64,000 nucleotides of DNA from a virus (taxonomy: Duplodnaviria; Caudoviricetes). The notes beneath the pieces are model-generated. The model was not told where the DNA came from, did no database searches, and worked only from the letters and a program-made list of their open reading frames with translations. Below, one piece after another: positions 55,438 through 64,000 of this stretch. A program made the position numbers and the translations under genes. Where the stretch lies: the IMG/VR virus record IMGVR_UViG_3300024252_000005; one strand, written 5' to 3'. Position 1 is the first letter of the stretch. Each line of letters begins with the position of its first letter.

Positions 55438-58400
55438 TGTTAAAAAAAGCAATAAAAGGTCAAGTAATAAAAAATATTAAAAAAGAAGATGCTTTTAAAA
55501 GCGGCAATGTTTTTTATTTACCTATAGAAATACACAAACCTTCAGCTGAATTTTTTGATGTTGAAAGCTTGATTGTTTCTTACATTCCGGATACATTCAT
55601 ACAAAATTACACTACTGTATCTATGTTAGAAAGCAAAGAAAACGAAGGTTTTAAAAAAAGTGCTAAACCTCTGTACGTCAATTCTAAATCTAAGAATTTA
55701 AATTATTTCGATGAAAAAGATATAGAAGAATTTTCTTCATCTAACAGACTTTATAGAACAATTTATTCAAAAAACATAGCATCAACATTTGGTCAAGAAA
55801 TTTTTCTAGAAGATGCTACACCAATAAATTTTTCAAACAATGATAGCGAAGATATTACAGTAGCTTGTAGATCTAGTATTGACTTGATAAAGCAAAAAAC
55901 ATGTACTTTAAATTCTGAGTCTATGACACCCATAATGACACCTATATCATCACCTAAATCATCACCTAAATCAAATCCAAGACAAGTAAAATATCGATCG
56001 GGAGATGCATTGACACTTCCAGATCTCACAGTAACTTTAGACACAGAAGGTTTAAGTAGGAGACTAGACAGGGGATCAAGAGAACTTGATGCATGGACAA
56101 GAAATAGAATCGCTAACAGCGCTGATGCTGGTGAGGTGGGAAATACAACAGAACCTAGCATAGACTTAGACAAAGATGAAAACAAAGACATAAGAGAACT
56201 ATTTAGTGGAAAAGAATCTGATAATTTCCATGTTTGTTTTGGAATGAAAATAAAAGTATATGCTTTAAATAAGAAAGGCGAAGTTGTAGATAAGCTAGAA
56301 ATTAAATCTATTGCGATAGACAGATATAGTAATAGTACAAATTCAGAAATAGAAAAATCTCTAATGCTTGAAAATAGATTGAGTTTTTTTGCTGAAGATT
56401 TTTTAATGGAATTTCGACCTTATTCTTTACCTATACAAACAAATATAAGCAACAATATACCTGTAAATGGACCAATACTAAGCTATAGTAATTCTAGACT
56501 TAACAGTATCTTTTTCAATTTTTCAAATATAGAAAGTATTGATGTAACTTTAAGCTCTGACTTGATAAACAAAAATTTTAAAGTAAAAACATTTACTTCT
56601 GGCTCAAATAGTCTTGTAGACAGTACATCTCAAAGAGACTTTTCTATTGCTCTATTGGGAAATACAGATTTTGTAGATTTTGTCATAGAATCAAAAAACT
56701 ATATAGACAACAATAATTTAAGCTTCTTAAATGTTGCTTATAGCTTTAACGTAATTCTAGAAAACAAAGATATTAACATCTTTAATGAAAGCATTATTGA
56801 CAAAGAATCTATAAATCAAATTTATAACGATATTTTATTCTATAAGTTTGAAAAAGACATAAGTTCAGGCAACGTCATTAACGTAGAAATTGAAAAAATT
56901 GATATAAACGTAATAGAAAATATTTACAAAATAAAAATTAATCTTAATACAGAGAATTATTTAAGAGAGCAAATTTTGCAAAACGCAATATCTTTTAACT
57001 TTTTTAATTTAACAGGTGAGCCTATCGTAGGAATAGAAAACTTTTACTTTGATGAAAATTTAACAGATAACAACAAGTTGTCATCAAGACTTTTGAGTTT
57101 AGATAATATATTTTTTGAAAACAATACTGCAATAGTTTACATTAGAAATCCTAGCGTTGAAAGAGATCTTATAAAAGAATGTGAGTTATTATTTCATTCT
57201 GATATTTCGCCTAATCCTATTTCTATTGGAATATTTAAGTCTAAAATTCATAATATTGACTCTTTAGTGACAAATGTTTTTGAAGATTGCGCTTCAAAAA
57301 TTGGTGATTTAATAAATCCAAAATCTAACTTTAAAAACTACCCTTATGATATAATAATAAACAATATTGACCCAGATGATACTTTTGTATTAAGCATAGG
57401 AAAACTATCGGGTGATATTAGTTTTAAAAAAATAGGTTACTTTTCGACATCAACTAATGAATCAGAAAAAGAAAGATTAAACGAAATTATTAACAATACC
57501 TTAGTCAAGGTAACAAAATCAATTAAAATAAACAATCTAGAGCTAAATAGAAAAAGTGGCTATTACTTATTAAGCGATCTATGTAAAGATATTGATGATT
57601 CTTTAAACTGCAAACTTAATACATCAAGTCTAAAAATATCTGATTTCAATATTAGACAAAGTATATCAAGAAACAGTACGATAAAAAATATATATGACAT
57701 ATTAATAAATGTAAATTCTCTTGAAAGACTTTCACAAATAACCGATGAGTTTAATGCTAAATATGAAGTACTTTTAGATTTTGCTGTATTGGAAAATAAT
57801 ACTGTAGTGAACTTTGGTGAAGATACTAACATTGATCAAAGTAGAGAAAACTTAATTGATTTTATAACTTTTAATAATAACAATTTTGAAATGTCAAGAA
57901 CTATACGACTAACAGAAGCTATGTTTAGTGATTCGTTTTTTGAAAACAAGTCATCTATGTTTGAAGAAATATATAGACAATCTGATATTTTAGACACAAC
58001 TGATTATAAAAGCGAAGCAATTTCTCAAATACAAGACTTTGTTTCATTGAGAAGCAATAATGTTAATCAACTGCCTGTTGAAGACAATATATTTACATCT
58101 GACATTTCACGTTTGAATGACTTCAATTTTGAAAATGTTCAAGTTTTTTCTTCAAACATTAAATTAAGCAATGTAAATAGAAACTTTTCAATTATAAAAG
58201 AAGTAAAAAACGAAAAGCTTTTAGAGATAAGAGGGAACAATATATCTAGGCTAATAAGGAGTTTTAGAAGATATGAAAACTCAACTATATTAAAATCTTA
58301 CTGTAAGCTAGAGTATAAATTCAAAAACTCTTTACCTAACCCCACTTTCAATATCAATGATATTGAAAGGCGAGGGTTTACAATCTTAGAAAGTGATGAT

Positions 58401-58841
58401 GATAGCAGTTGTATATTTTTATTCAAAGAAGAAGAAGAAAATTCTTTACCGATTACAGTAAATATGCATGATGACTCAATACACTGTGACATAATTAGAG
58501 AAAATGAATATTTTGAAAAGTTTTCAAGTAACGACTATTATGATTCTGTTGCCAGTTTAATTGGAAAGCGACTTTCGAGAAGAAGAGATAATACTTCTGA
58601 GTCATATCCATCATTAATAGTTAAAAATATTATACTTAGAATTTATATAATTTTAACTATTAATGGAAAGCGAAATATAATGTTGTGCAATGTACCGGTT
58701 GAGCCTGATTTGCAAATGAAAGAGTATATTAGATTAAATTCTCCTTCTTTTCAAAGAAACTACTTGAATTTAGATGTAGTTGATAGCAGCAAGGTTATTT
58801 ATAAGCCAAGCATAATATATAAAGGAAGTACTAGACAATGA
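55437..58841 (+). CDS. Large hypothetical structural-region protein (1134 aa)
   Basis: ORF track; coupled start. Confidence 0.75.
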   Translation: MLKKAIKGQVIKNIKKEDAFKSGNVFYLPIEIHKPSAEFFDVESLIVSYIPDTFIQNYTTVSMLESKENEGFKKSAKPLYVNSKSKNLNYFDEKDIEEFSSSNRLYRTIYSKNIASTFGQEIFLEDATPINFSNNDSEDITVACRSSIDLIKQKTCTLNSESMTPIMTPISSPKSSPKSNPRQVKYRSGDALTLPDLTVTLDTEGLSRRLDRGSRELDAWTRNRIANSADAGEVGNTTEPSIDLDKDENKDIRELFSGKESDNFHVCFGMKIKVYALNKKGEVVDKLEIKSIAIDRYSNSTNSEIEKSLMLENRLSFFAEDFLMEFRPYSLPIQTNISNNIPVNGPILSYSNSRLNSIFFNFSNIESIDVTLSSDLINKNFKVKTFTSGSNSLVDSTSQRDFSIALLGNTDFVDFVIESKNYIDNNNLSFLNVAYSFNVILENKDINIFNESIIDKESINQIYNDILFYKFEKDISSGNVINVEIEKIDINVIENIYKIKINLNTENYLREQILQNAISFNFFNLTGEPIVGIENFYFDENLTDNNKLSSRLLSLDNIFFENNTAIVYIRNPSVERDLIKECELLFHSDISPNPISIGIFKSKIHNIDSLVTNVFEDCASKIGDLINPKSNFKNYPYDIIINNIDPDDTFVLSIGKLSGDISFKKIGYFSTSTNESEKERLNEIINNTLVKVTKSIKINNLELNRKSGYYLLSDLCKDIDDSLNCKLNTSSLKISDFNIRQSISRNSTIKNIYDILINVNSLERLSQITDEFNAKYEVLLDFAVLENNTVVNFGEDTNIDQSRENLIDFITFNNNNFEMSRTIRLTEAMFSDSFFENKSSMFEEIYRQSDILDTTDYKSEAISQIQDFVSLRSNNVNQLPVEDNIFTSDISRLNDFNFENVQVFSSNIKLSNVNRNFSIIKEVKNEKLLEIRGNNISRLIRSFRRYENSTILKSYCKLEYKFKNSLPNPTFNINDIERRGFTILESDDDSSCIFLFKEEEENSLPITVNMHDDSIHCDIIRENEYFEKFSSNDYYDSVASLIGKRLSRRRDNTSESYPSLIVKNIILRIYIILTINGKRNIMLCNVPVEPDLQMKEYIRLNSPSFQRNYLNLDVVDSSKVIYKPSIIYKGSTRQ

Positions 58842-61800
58842 CTATTAAACTTTTTCAAAGCAAAAACTCGTCTAATAAAATAATTGTTAAAAAAGAATCA
58901 AATGATATTTCATTAGCACCAAGTCTCGAGTTATCACAAAACTTGAGTAGTTTGTTTTCTGAAAGTGAAATAAATTCATATAACGCAAATAATAAAATAA
59001 TAAATAATAACTTTGAAGTAAGTTTGTCGTTAGAAGAATTATCTGAGCCTATCCTGGAAGAAAATGATGAAAACTTTTATCTACATCCTACTGTGTATGA
59101 TGCTTACATAGATAATCACAAAGTATTTGTTCCTTCTAGCTTAAGCACTTTATTGTCTAAGTCACTTAAGAGAACTAATGATTTAGAAATAAATATACTT
59201 TCACACGAAATAATACATTTATCGTCAAAAGCCGGCACTTTTGATTCAAACATTACTTTTTTATATCAAGACGACATAGAAAATGAAACTTTTTTAAAAT
59301 TAAAACTGGGAATGATTAACAAAGTAGAGTCTATATGCGATAGATTTTTTAAATTTGTTGACCCATCTATTCACAATGATTTAGCAAGTAGTAGCTATGA
59401 CAATTGTCTGAGTATATATGACAATCTTGACAATTTAACAACGTTTTCTAATAAATTAGAAAAAGAAATTAACTATGGTAATATAGCAGAAAATTTTATT
59501 ACTTCTGGGCATAGCAAGATTAACGGGAAAATATCTAACTTAACGCTAGGAGTTCATGAATCTTCTTTGTTTTTTACTGGCAGCGACGATGAAAGATTGC
59601 TAGATGAACAAACAACTAATGAAACATCTTTGTTAAGTGTAGATGATTTAAAGATATTTTATGAAAAAATATCTGGCTTTAAAATATCTAGAAAAAATAT
59701 AGAATTTGACGAGAGTTTTTTAAATTATGAAATATTAAACTCAGATAGACTAGTTGGTCAACTAATGCTAAATTGTGGTGTGTCAATGTATAGCTTATAT
59801 CCTAATATTGACAATATTAGCAATAATGATCTTGAAACAAAAAGAATTAAAGTTAATTCAAATGCTATGCAAAGATATCCTATAATTCAAGTTTATAATT
59901 TGAGTCCAAACTCTGATATGTTTAGAGGTAATAATTATGATGTGTTGGGTATTAATGGTAGTTCATTCAACTCAAATATTTTAAAATCTTCACTATCAGG
60001 GCAAAAAATTTCATTATTTGATGATGACTTAGAAGATAAAAGATTAATTATTAAAAATCAAATGCCAGTAAAAGTTGATTATTCGCAAAAACGTAGTTTC
60101 TATGGCACTAAATTTAAAAGACAAAATAATTTTAATAACAATATTTTCAGTTTTACTATAAAATCTGGTAATAGTATTAGACTTTATGAAAATATATTCT
60201 TTGACGTTAAATCTAGTTTTGATCACTTTACACCAACATTCATTCAGCTACCAACGAGATGGATAACAAACCATAGTAGATCGGAAGACAGTGCTAACAA
60301 TGTTGCAGAAGTTACAGGAGACGATGCAAGTTTTTTTAGAAGTTTTAGCAGTTATAATTATGAAAAAAACAAGCAGGAAATAACTAATGTTTTTAAAGAA
60401 AAAATAAAAAAAGATAGCGAAGACAATTCTACTGCTAGAGCTCGAAATAGCATGATAAATGTTATATTCGACAAAATGTTCGCTAATACTTTAGCTAATA
60501 GATATCTTGACAATATAAAAAAATTTACTAATATTTATCCCGCTAATGAGTTAACTTTCGCCGGCGGTTTTCTTGAAAGCTATCATAAACATTACAACAT
60601 CACGAGAGAAATAGACAGTTCTTATAGTGATAACTTTGAAGGCCCACATAGCAATGAAAAAGGTTTGTCTTCAGAAGAAAACTTGATGGATGCTTTACAA
60701 ACAGGTTCTTGGGCAAGTGAGTACAATGAATCTATTGCAGATATTTATACTAACGACTTAAACAGCGATAATTTCATAAGCGACTCTTTTGTTTTCTTAG
60801 CAAGTAATTCGTTTTTAAGCAAGAAAGAGCTAAACAAGTTTTCTTATGAGAGAGAAATATTTTCTGAAAATAGACAAAGCTCAAAGTATATTAAAACTTT
60901 TTCCGAAAAGCTTCTCAATGGAAGAAATTCTAGCGACAACTTGAAAAATATAACCACGATTAATAGTAGTGACACTAATGACTATATAATAAAAATAGCA
61001 TCTAGCTGCAATATTGCAAGAAGAAATCTTGCAAGCGCAGAAAGTATAGATAAATTTAACGATTTTGTTAAAAAAGCTAATAGTAAAATTTCTCAAGGAG
61101 AAGAGTTTGCTTTTTTATATGATGATATTGAAGAAACCAGCTTGGATACTTTTGAAAATAGCAAGTTTATATCAAAAGGTTTAGTTTACAAAAATAATTT
61201 TTCAAAATCATTTGATAGAAATGTAAAAAATACAAGCAAAGTTTTCTCTGATTCTTTTAATGAAAGACTAGAGGATCAAGATCACATTTTTAGTTCAAAA
61301 GACTACAGAGAGTTTTTGTCAAAGTACTATACAAAATCATTTTTTAGAAATAAAAAAAGCTTATTGTTAAGAATGATAAGAGACAATATCGATATTTTTT
61401 CTACAAACAACAGTTTTTATACTAATAAAGAGTATTTTGCTTTTGATATTTTATTGGCAACTTCTCTTTCTAATGAATCAAATTTAGATAAAAATTCCAA
61501 TATTGAAAATGTAAAATTAATATTGAAAAATGCAATAATGAACATGTCAGGAGTTGATCAACAAGTTTCATTTTTGAAAAGTCAACCGGTAGACAATATT
61601 TCATTTTTTAATAAAAATATTAAAAATAATCTTGCTAGTAATAGCAAAGAATATGAATTAAGTAAGTTCTTAAAGAAAGAATTTAAAAAAGAGAGTATTG
61701 ATAAAGTAATATCTAGTATTTTCAATAAAGATACAATAAAAAATCAAGAAAATTTTATAATAAGAACAACTGCTAAGAAAGATTTAACAGTAGAAGATTT

Positions 61801-64000
61801 CAGTATGACAAAACAGAGTATAAACATAAAAAATTCTGAGAATTCTGACAGTGCTGGTGAATTCAAAAACATCCCCGGGTATTTATGTACACTAAAATTC
61901 CCGTTCATAGTTAAAAAACATGATTTTTTTAAAGATAATGTTTTAGGAAAAATAAAGTCAGCTATGTACATGAGTGATATTCTTTTTGGTGATGACGATA
62001 ACTCATATACTTCATTTTACAGAGAATATTTGAAAATATTGACAAAGTCGGCTTATAATCATGATATATTTTTTGACGAAAATAATACCGGTATTGTTTT
62101 TTACAAATCTGAAGGTGATGAAAAGATAATTGGCGGCTATAGTTTTAATGATGACTTAATTCAAAAAGGAATAATTGCAAATTTGAGCTATTTTGATTTT
62201 GATTTTACAGAAAATTCTGGCAGTTTTATAGAATTAGCTGAATTTTTTAAGTCTACATTATTGAGATTCGTGCCAGACACCGGTGAGTCTACATTATTTA
62301 GATACCTGCCAAACATCGGTGAGTCGACTCTAGAGGAGCTAGGTTTTAAGATCGATCTAAATACAGGATCTTGGGATAATTTAGTACTAGAAAATAATGA
62401 AAAAATCCTTTCAGCTTATACAAGTAATAATTTTAAAATACCTTATAGCTATTTTTATTTAGCTAGTACACCGGGTACTTTTTCAAACAAGATAACTTCG
62501 TTTGCTGAAGATGTGTTGAAAGTTTTCAAAGTTGATTTTAGCAAAATGAATAACATAGGTGATATAGATAGCTTTGTAGACAATAACAGCTTTTACGTAA
62601 GACTATTACAAGATTCTTTAGAAGCATTTTCCAGTATGTTTGTTGAGTCATATAATATTTTTAATAACTTGCTTGTTGATGAAATTAAAATTAATCTTGA
62701 AGACAAAGACGAAGAAAAAAGTAAAGCTTTTTTCAATAACATAGAAAACTTTTACAGCTTCGATAATACTTCGATTAGAAATAAGATAGTTGACGATCTT
62801 AAAAAAATATACAATGACAATATAGCAAGTCAAGGAAATTTTAAATATCAAGATAAAGAATTAGAAACCAGCTTAATAACAGATTTAGATGATAGCAATT
62901 TAAAAGTATATACTGGAAGATATGTAAAATTAAAAGAAGTCATGAGAGTATTAAGCAATAGTGATATTTCTGAAAGTATTTGTCATGATTTGATACACGG
63001 ATATTTTTTAAATTTCGAAAATAACTTAATCAATGCCGGAGAAAACACTTTAGAATTAGATCAGTCTATGGACTTTATAAGCAATGAATTAGACAACATT
63101 AGTCTAGATATATTTGATAATTTTAACAATCTGATTGGCAACGAGTTTTACCAGAATAAAATTTCAAAAGATTTACAAGAAATAATCTACTATAAAAACA
63201 TTTATAACGAAACATTTATAAGAAACAATACTTTTAACACAATAGCAGAAAAGTATGATGAGGGTAACGTTTTTAATCATAGAAAGTTATTAGCTAGTAA
63301 CATGTTTAAAAAAGCATCTGACGGTTGTGGAGTTATTTCTCGAGATATTAGTAGTTACGATACATTTGGTGTTAGCACTAGCGGGATCGCTTTACGCAGG
63401 GAAATTGAATCAAACAAAAAAATAGATATAATAAGGTTGCCTATTGATTACGAACTTTTAAGTAAAATAGGAGAAAGAGGAATACTGGAAATTTCAATTT
63501 TGCCTATTAACGTAAAGTATCCTGAAATTGAGTATGATGAGTTAAAGTATTATTACACTCCCTTTTTAACAGATGTTACTAGTAATTTCTTTTCTGATTC
63601 AGGAATATCTACTGGGAACTATTTAGGATTTTACAATGATGCACAAAAAATATCTAATCGTTATAGCGTAGTTGATAAAAGAACAGCTTTAAATGAAGTT
63701 AAAAATGTGCTTAATGATTCTTTAAGTCGAAGTGCTGAAATTTCTGGTTCACTTAGAGCAGAAAAAGTTGAAAAAGTGGCAAGAAAGCTAGTTGATGATT
63801 CAATTATGTCAAGTGCTATTAAATCTATTAACTATGTAAGCCAAAAACATTTAGATGAAAATGTAAAACTATCAAGTGAAGATACAGAAAATTTAATATC
63901 AGGACAGACTATAAGTATGACATCTTCTCTTACAGAAGACGACTTAGTAAAGATTTTTGATACGTACAGTATCAATGAATTTGAATTTATAAGTGACGAT
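58838..64000 (+). CDS. Very large hypothetical protein (>1720 aa, 3'-partial; missing from the ORF track)
   Basis: ATGA overlap with the upstream stop; hand translation (MTIKLFQSKNSS...) stays open to the window end. Confidence 0.8.
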   Translation, partial: MTIKLFQSKNSSNKIIVKKESNDISLAPSLELSQNLSSLFSESEINSYNANNKIINNNFEVSLSLEELSEPILEENDENFYLHPTVYDAYIDNHKVFVPSSLSTLLSKSLKRTNDLEINILSHEIIHLSSKAGTFDSNITFLYQDDIENETFLKLKLGMINKVESICDRFFKFVDPSIHNDLASSSYDNCLSIYDNLDNLTTFSNKLEKEINYGNIAENFITSGHSKINGKISNLTLGVHESSLFFTGSDDERLLDEQTTNETSLLSVDDLKIFYEKISGFKISRKNIEFDESFLNYEILNSDRLVGQLMLNCGVSMYSLYPNIDNISNNDLETKRIKVNSNAMQRYPIIQVYNLSPNSDMFRGNNYDVLGINGSSFNSNILKSSLSGQKISLFDDDLEDKRLIIKNQMPVKVDYSQKRSFYGTKFKRQNNFNNNIFSFTIKSGNSIRLYENIFFDVKSSFDHFTPTFIQLPTRWITNHSRSEDSANNVAEVTGDDASFFRSFSSYNYEKNKQEITNVFKEKIKKDSEDNSTARARNSMINVIFDKMFANTLANRYLDNIKKFTNIYPANELTFAGGFLESYHKHYNITREIDSSYSDNFEGPHSNEKGLSSEENLMDALQTGSWASEYNESIADIYTNDLNSDNFISDSFVFLASNSFLSKKELNKFSYEREIFSENRQSSKYIKTFSEKLLNGRNSSDNLKNITTINSSDTNDYIIKIASSCNIARRNLASAESIDKFNDFVKKANSKISQGEEFAFLYDDIEETSLDTFENSKFISKGLVYKNNFSKSFDRNVKNTSKVFSDSFNERLEDQDHIFSSKDYREFLSKYYTKSFFRNKKSLLLRMIRDNIDIFSTNNSFYTNKEYFAFDILLATSLSNESNLDKNSNIENVKLILKNAIMNMSGVDQQVSFLKSQPVDNISFFNKNIKNNLASNSKEYELSKFLKKEFKKESIDKVISSIFNKDTIKNQENFIIRTTAKKDLTVEDFSMTKQSINIKNSENSDSAGEFKNIPGYLCTLKFPFIVKKHDFFKDNVLGKIKSAMYMSDILFGDDDNSYTSFYREYLKILTKSAYNHDIFFDENNTGIVFYKSEGDEKIIGGYSFNDDLIQKGIIANLSYFDFDFTENSGSFIELAEFFKSTLLRFVPDTGESTLFRYLPNIGESTLEELGFKIDLNTGSWDNLVLENNEKILSAYTSNNFKIPYSYFYLASTPGTFSNKITSFAEDVLKVFKVDFSKMNNIGDIDSFVDNNSFYVRLLQDSLEAFSSMFVESYNIFNNLLVDEIKINLEDKDEEKSKAFFNNIENFYSFDNTSIRNKIVDDLKKIYNDNIASQGNFKYQDKELETSLITDLDDSNLKVYTGRYVKLKEVMRVLSNSDISESICHDLIHGYFLNFENNLINAGENTLELDQSMDFISNELDNISLDIFDNFNNLIGNEFYQNKISKDLQEIIYYKNIYNETFIRNNTFNTIAEKYDEGNVFNHRKLLASNMFKKASDGCGVISRDISSYDTFGVSTSGIALRREIESNKKIDIIRLPIDYELLSKIGERGILEISILPINVKYPEIEYDELKYYYTPFLTDVTSNFFSDSGISTGNYLGFYNDAQKISNRYSVVDKRTALNEVKNVLNDSLSRSAEISGSLRAEKVEKVARKLVDDSIMSSAIKSINYVSQKHLDENVKLSSEDTENLISGQTISMTSSLTEDDLVKIFDTYSINEFEFISDD

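Noticed and set aside
62273-62335. 39-bp imperfect tandem repeat (PDTGESTL/PNIGESTL)
   Set aside because: Only two in-frame copies inside a long ORF; an ordinary local duplication
1-64000. Stop-codon reassignment
   Set aside because: Genes tile densely under the standard code, and TAA, TAG and TGA all end genes at sensible boundaries
1-64000. tRNA, tmRNA or rRNA genes; introns or inteins
   Set aside because: No cloverleaf or T-loop signatures in the short intergenic gaps; helicase, PhoH and glycosyltransferase genes are of normal length and uninterrupted

Overview
This window is a 64-kb segment of a large, AT-rich tailed-phage genome (jumbo/T4-superfamily-like myovirus; standard genetic code; no tRNA, rRNA, CRISPR array or integrase seen). 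It has four zones. (1) 1-3333: a markedly more GC-rich block of short leftward genes, almost each behind its own copy of a fixed-spacing promoter CGTGYA-N18-TATAAT (9 copies, non-canonical -35), closed by a palindrome-dense GC-rich junction at ~3334-3470. (2) 3585-9931: a rightward array of unrelated cargo domains (protein-kinase-like, two GNAT-like, a very acidic protein, unknowns) that share an ~18-aa N-terminal leader MRITE(K/R)KLRx(I/L)IRxx(I/L)xE, with duplicated flanking DNA modules. This resembles a capsid-targeting/protease-cleaved internal-protein cassette system and is the best candidate for an undescribed system. (3) 10.1-23.2 kb: accessory and replication genes (lipoprotein, outer-membrane beta-barrel, CHAP-domain protein, T5orf172 nuclease, deaminase relic, class III nucleotidyl cyclase, DinG-like helicase, Nudix, degenerate chaperonin, Hc1-like protein, stand-alone sigma region-4 protein, PIN-PhoH). 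(4) 23.2-64 kb: virion morphogenesis (two ~1700-aa tail fibres, Cas4-like nuclease, two GT4 glycosyltransferases, gp55-like late sigma, gp5/gp25/gp6-like baseplate genes and several very large unknown structural proteins, the last running off the window). All functional calls come from motif recognition by eye; no database search was run.
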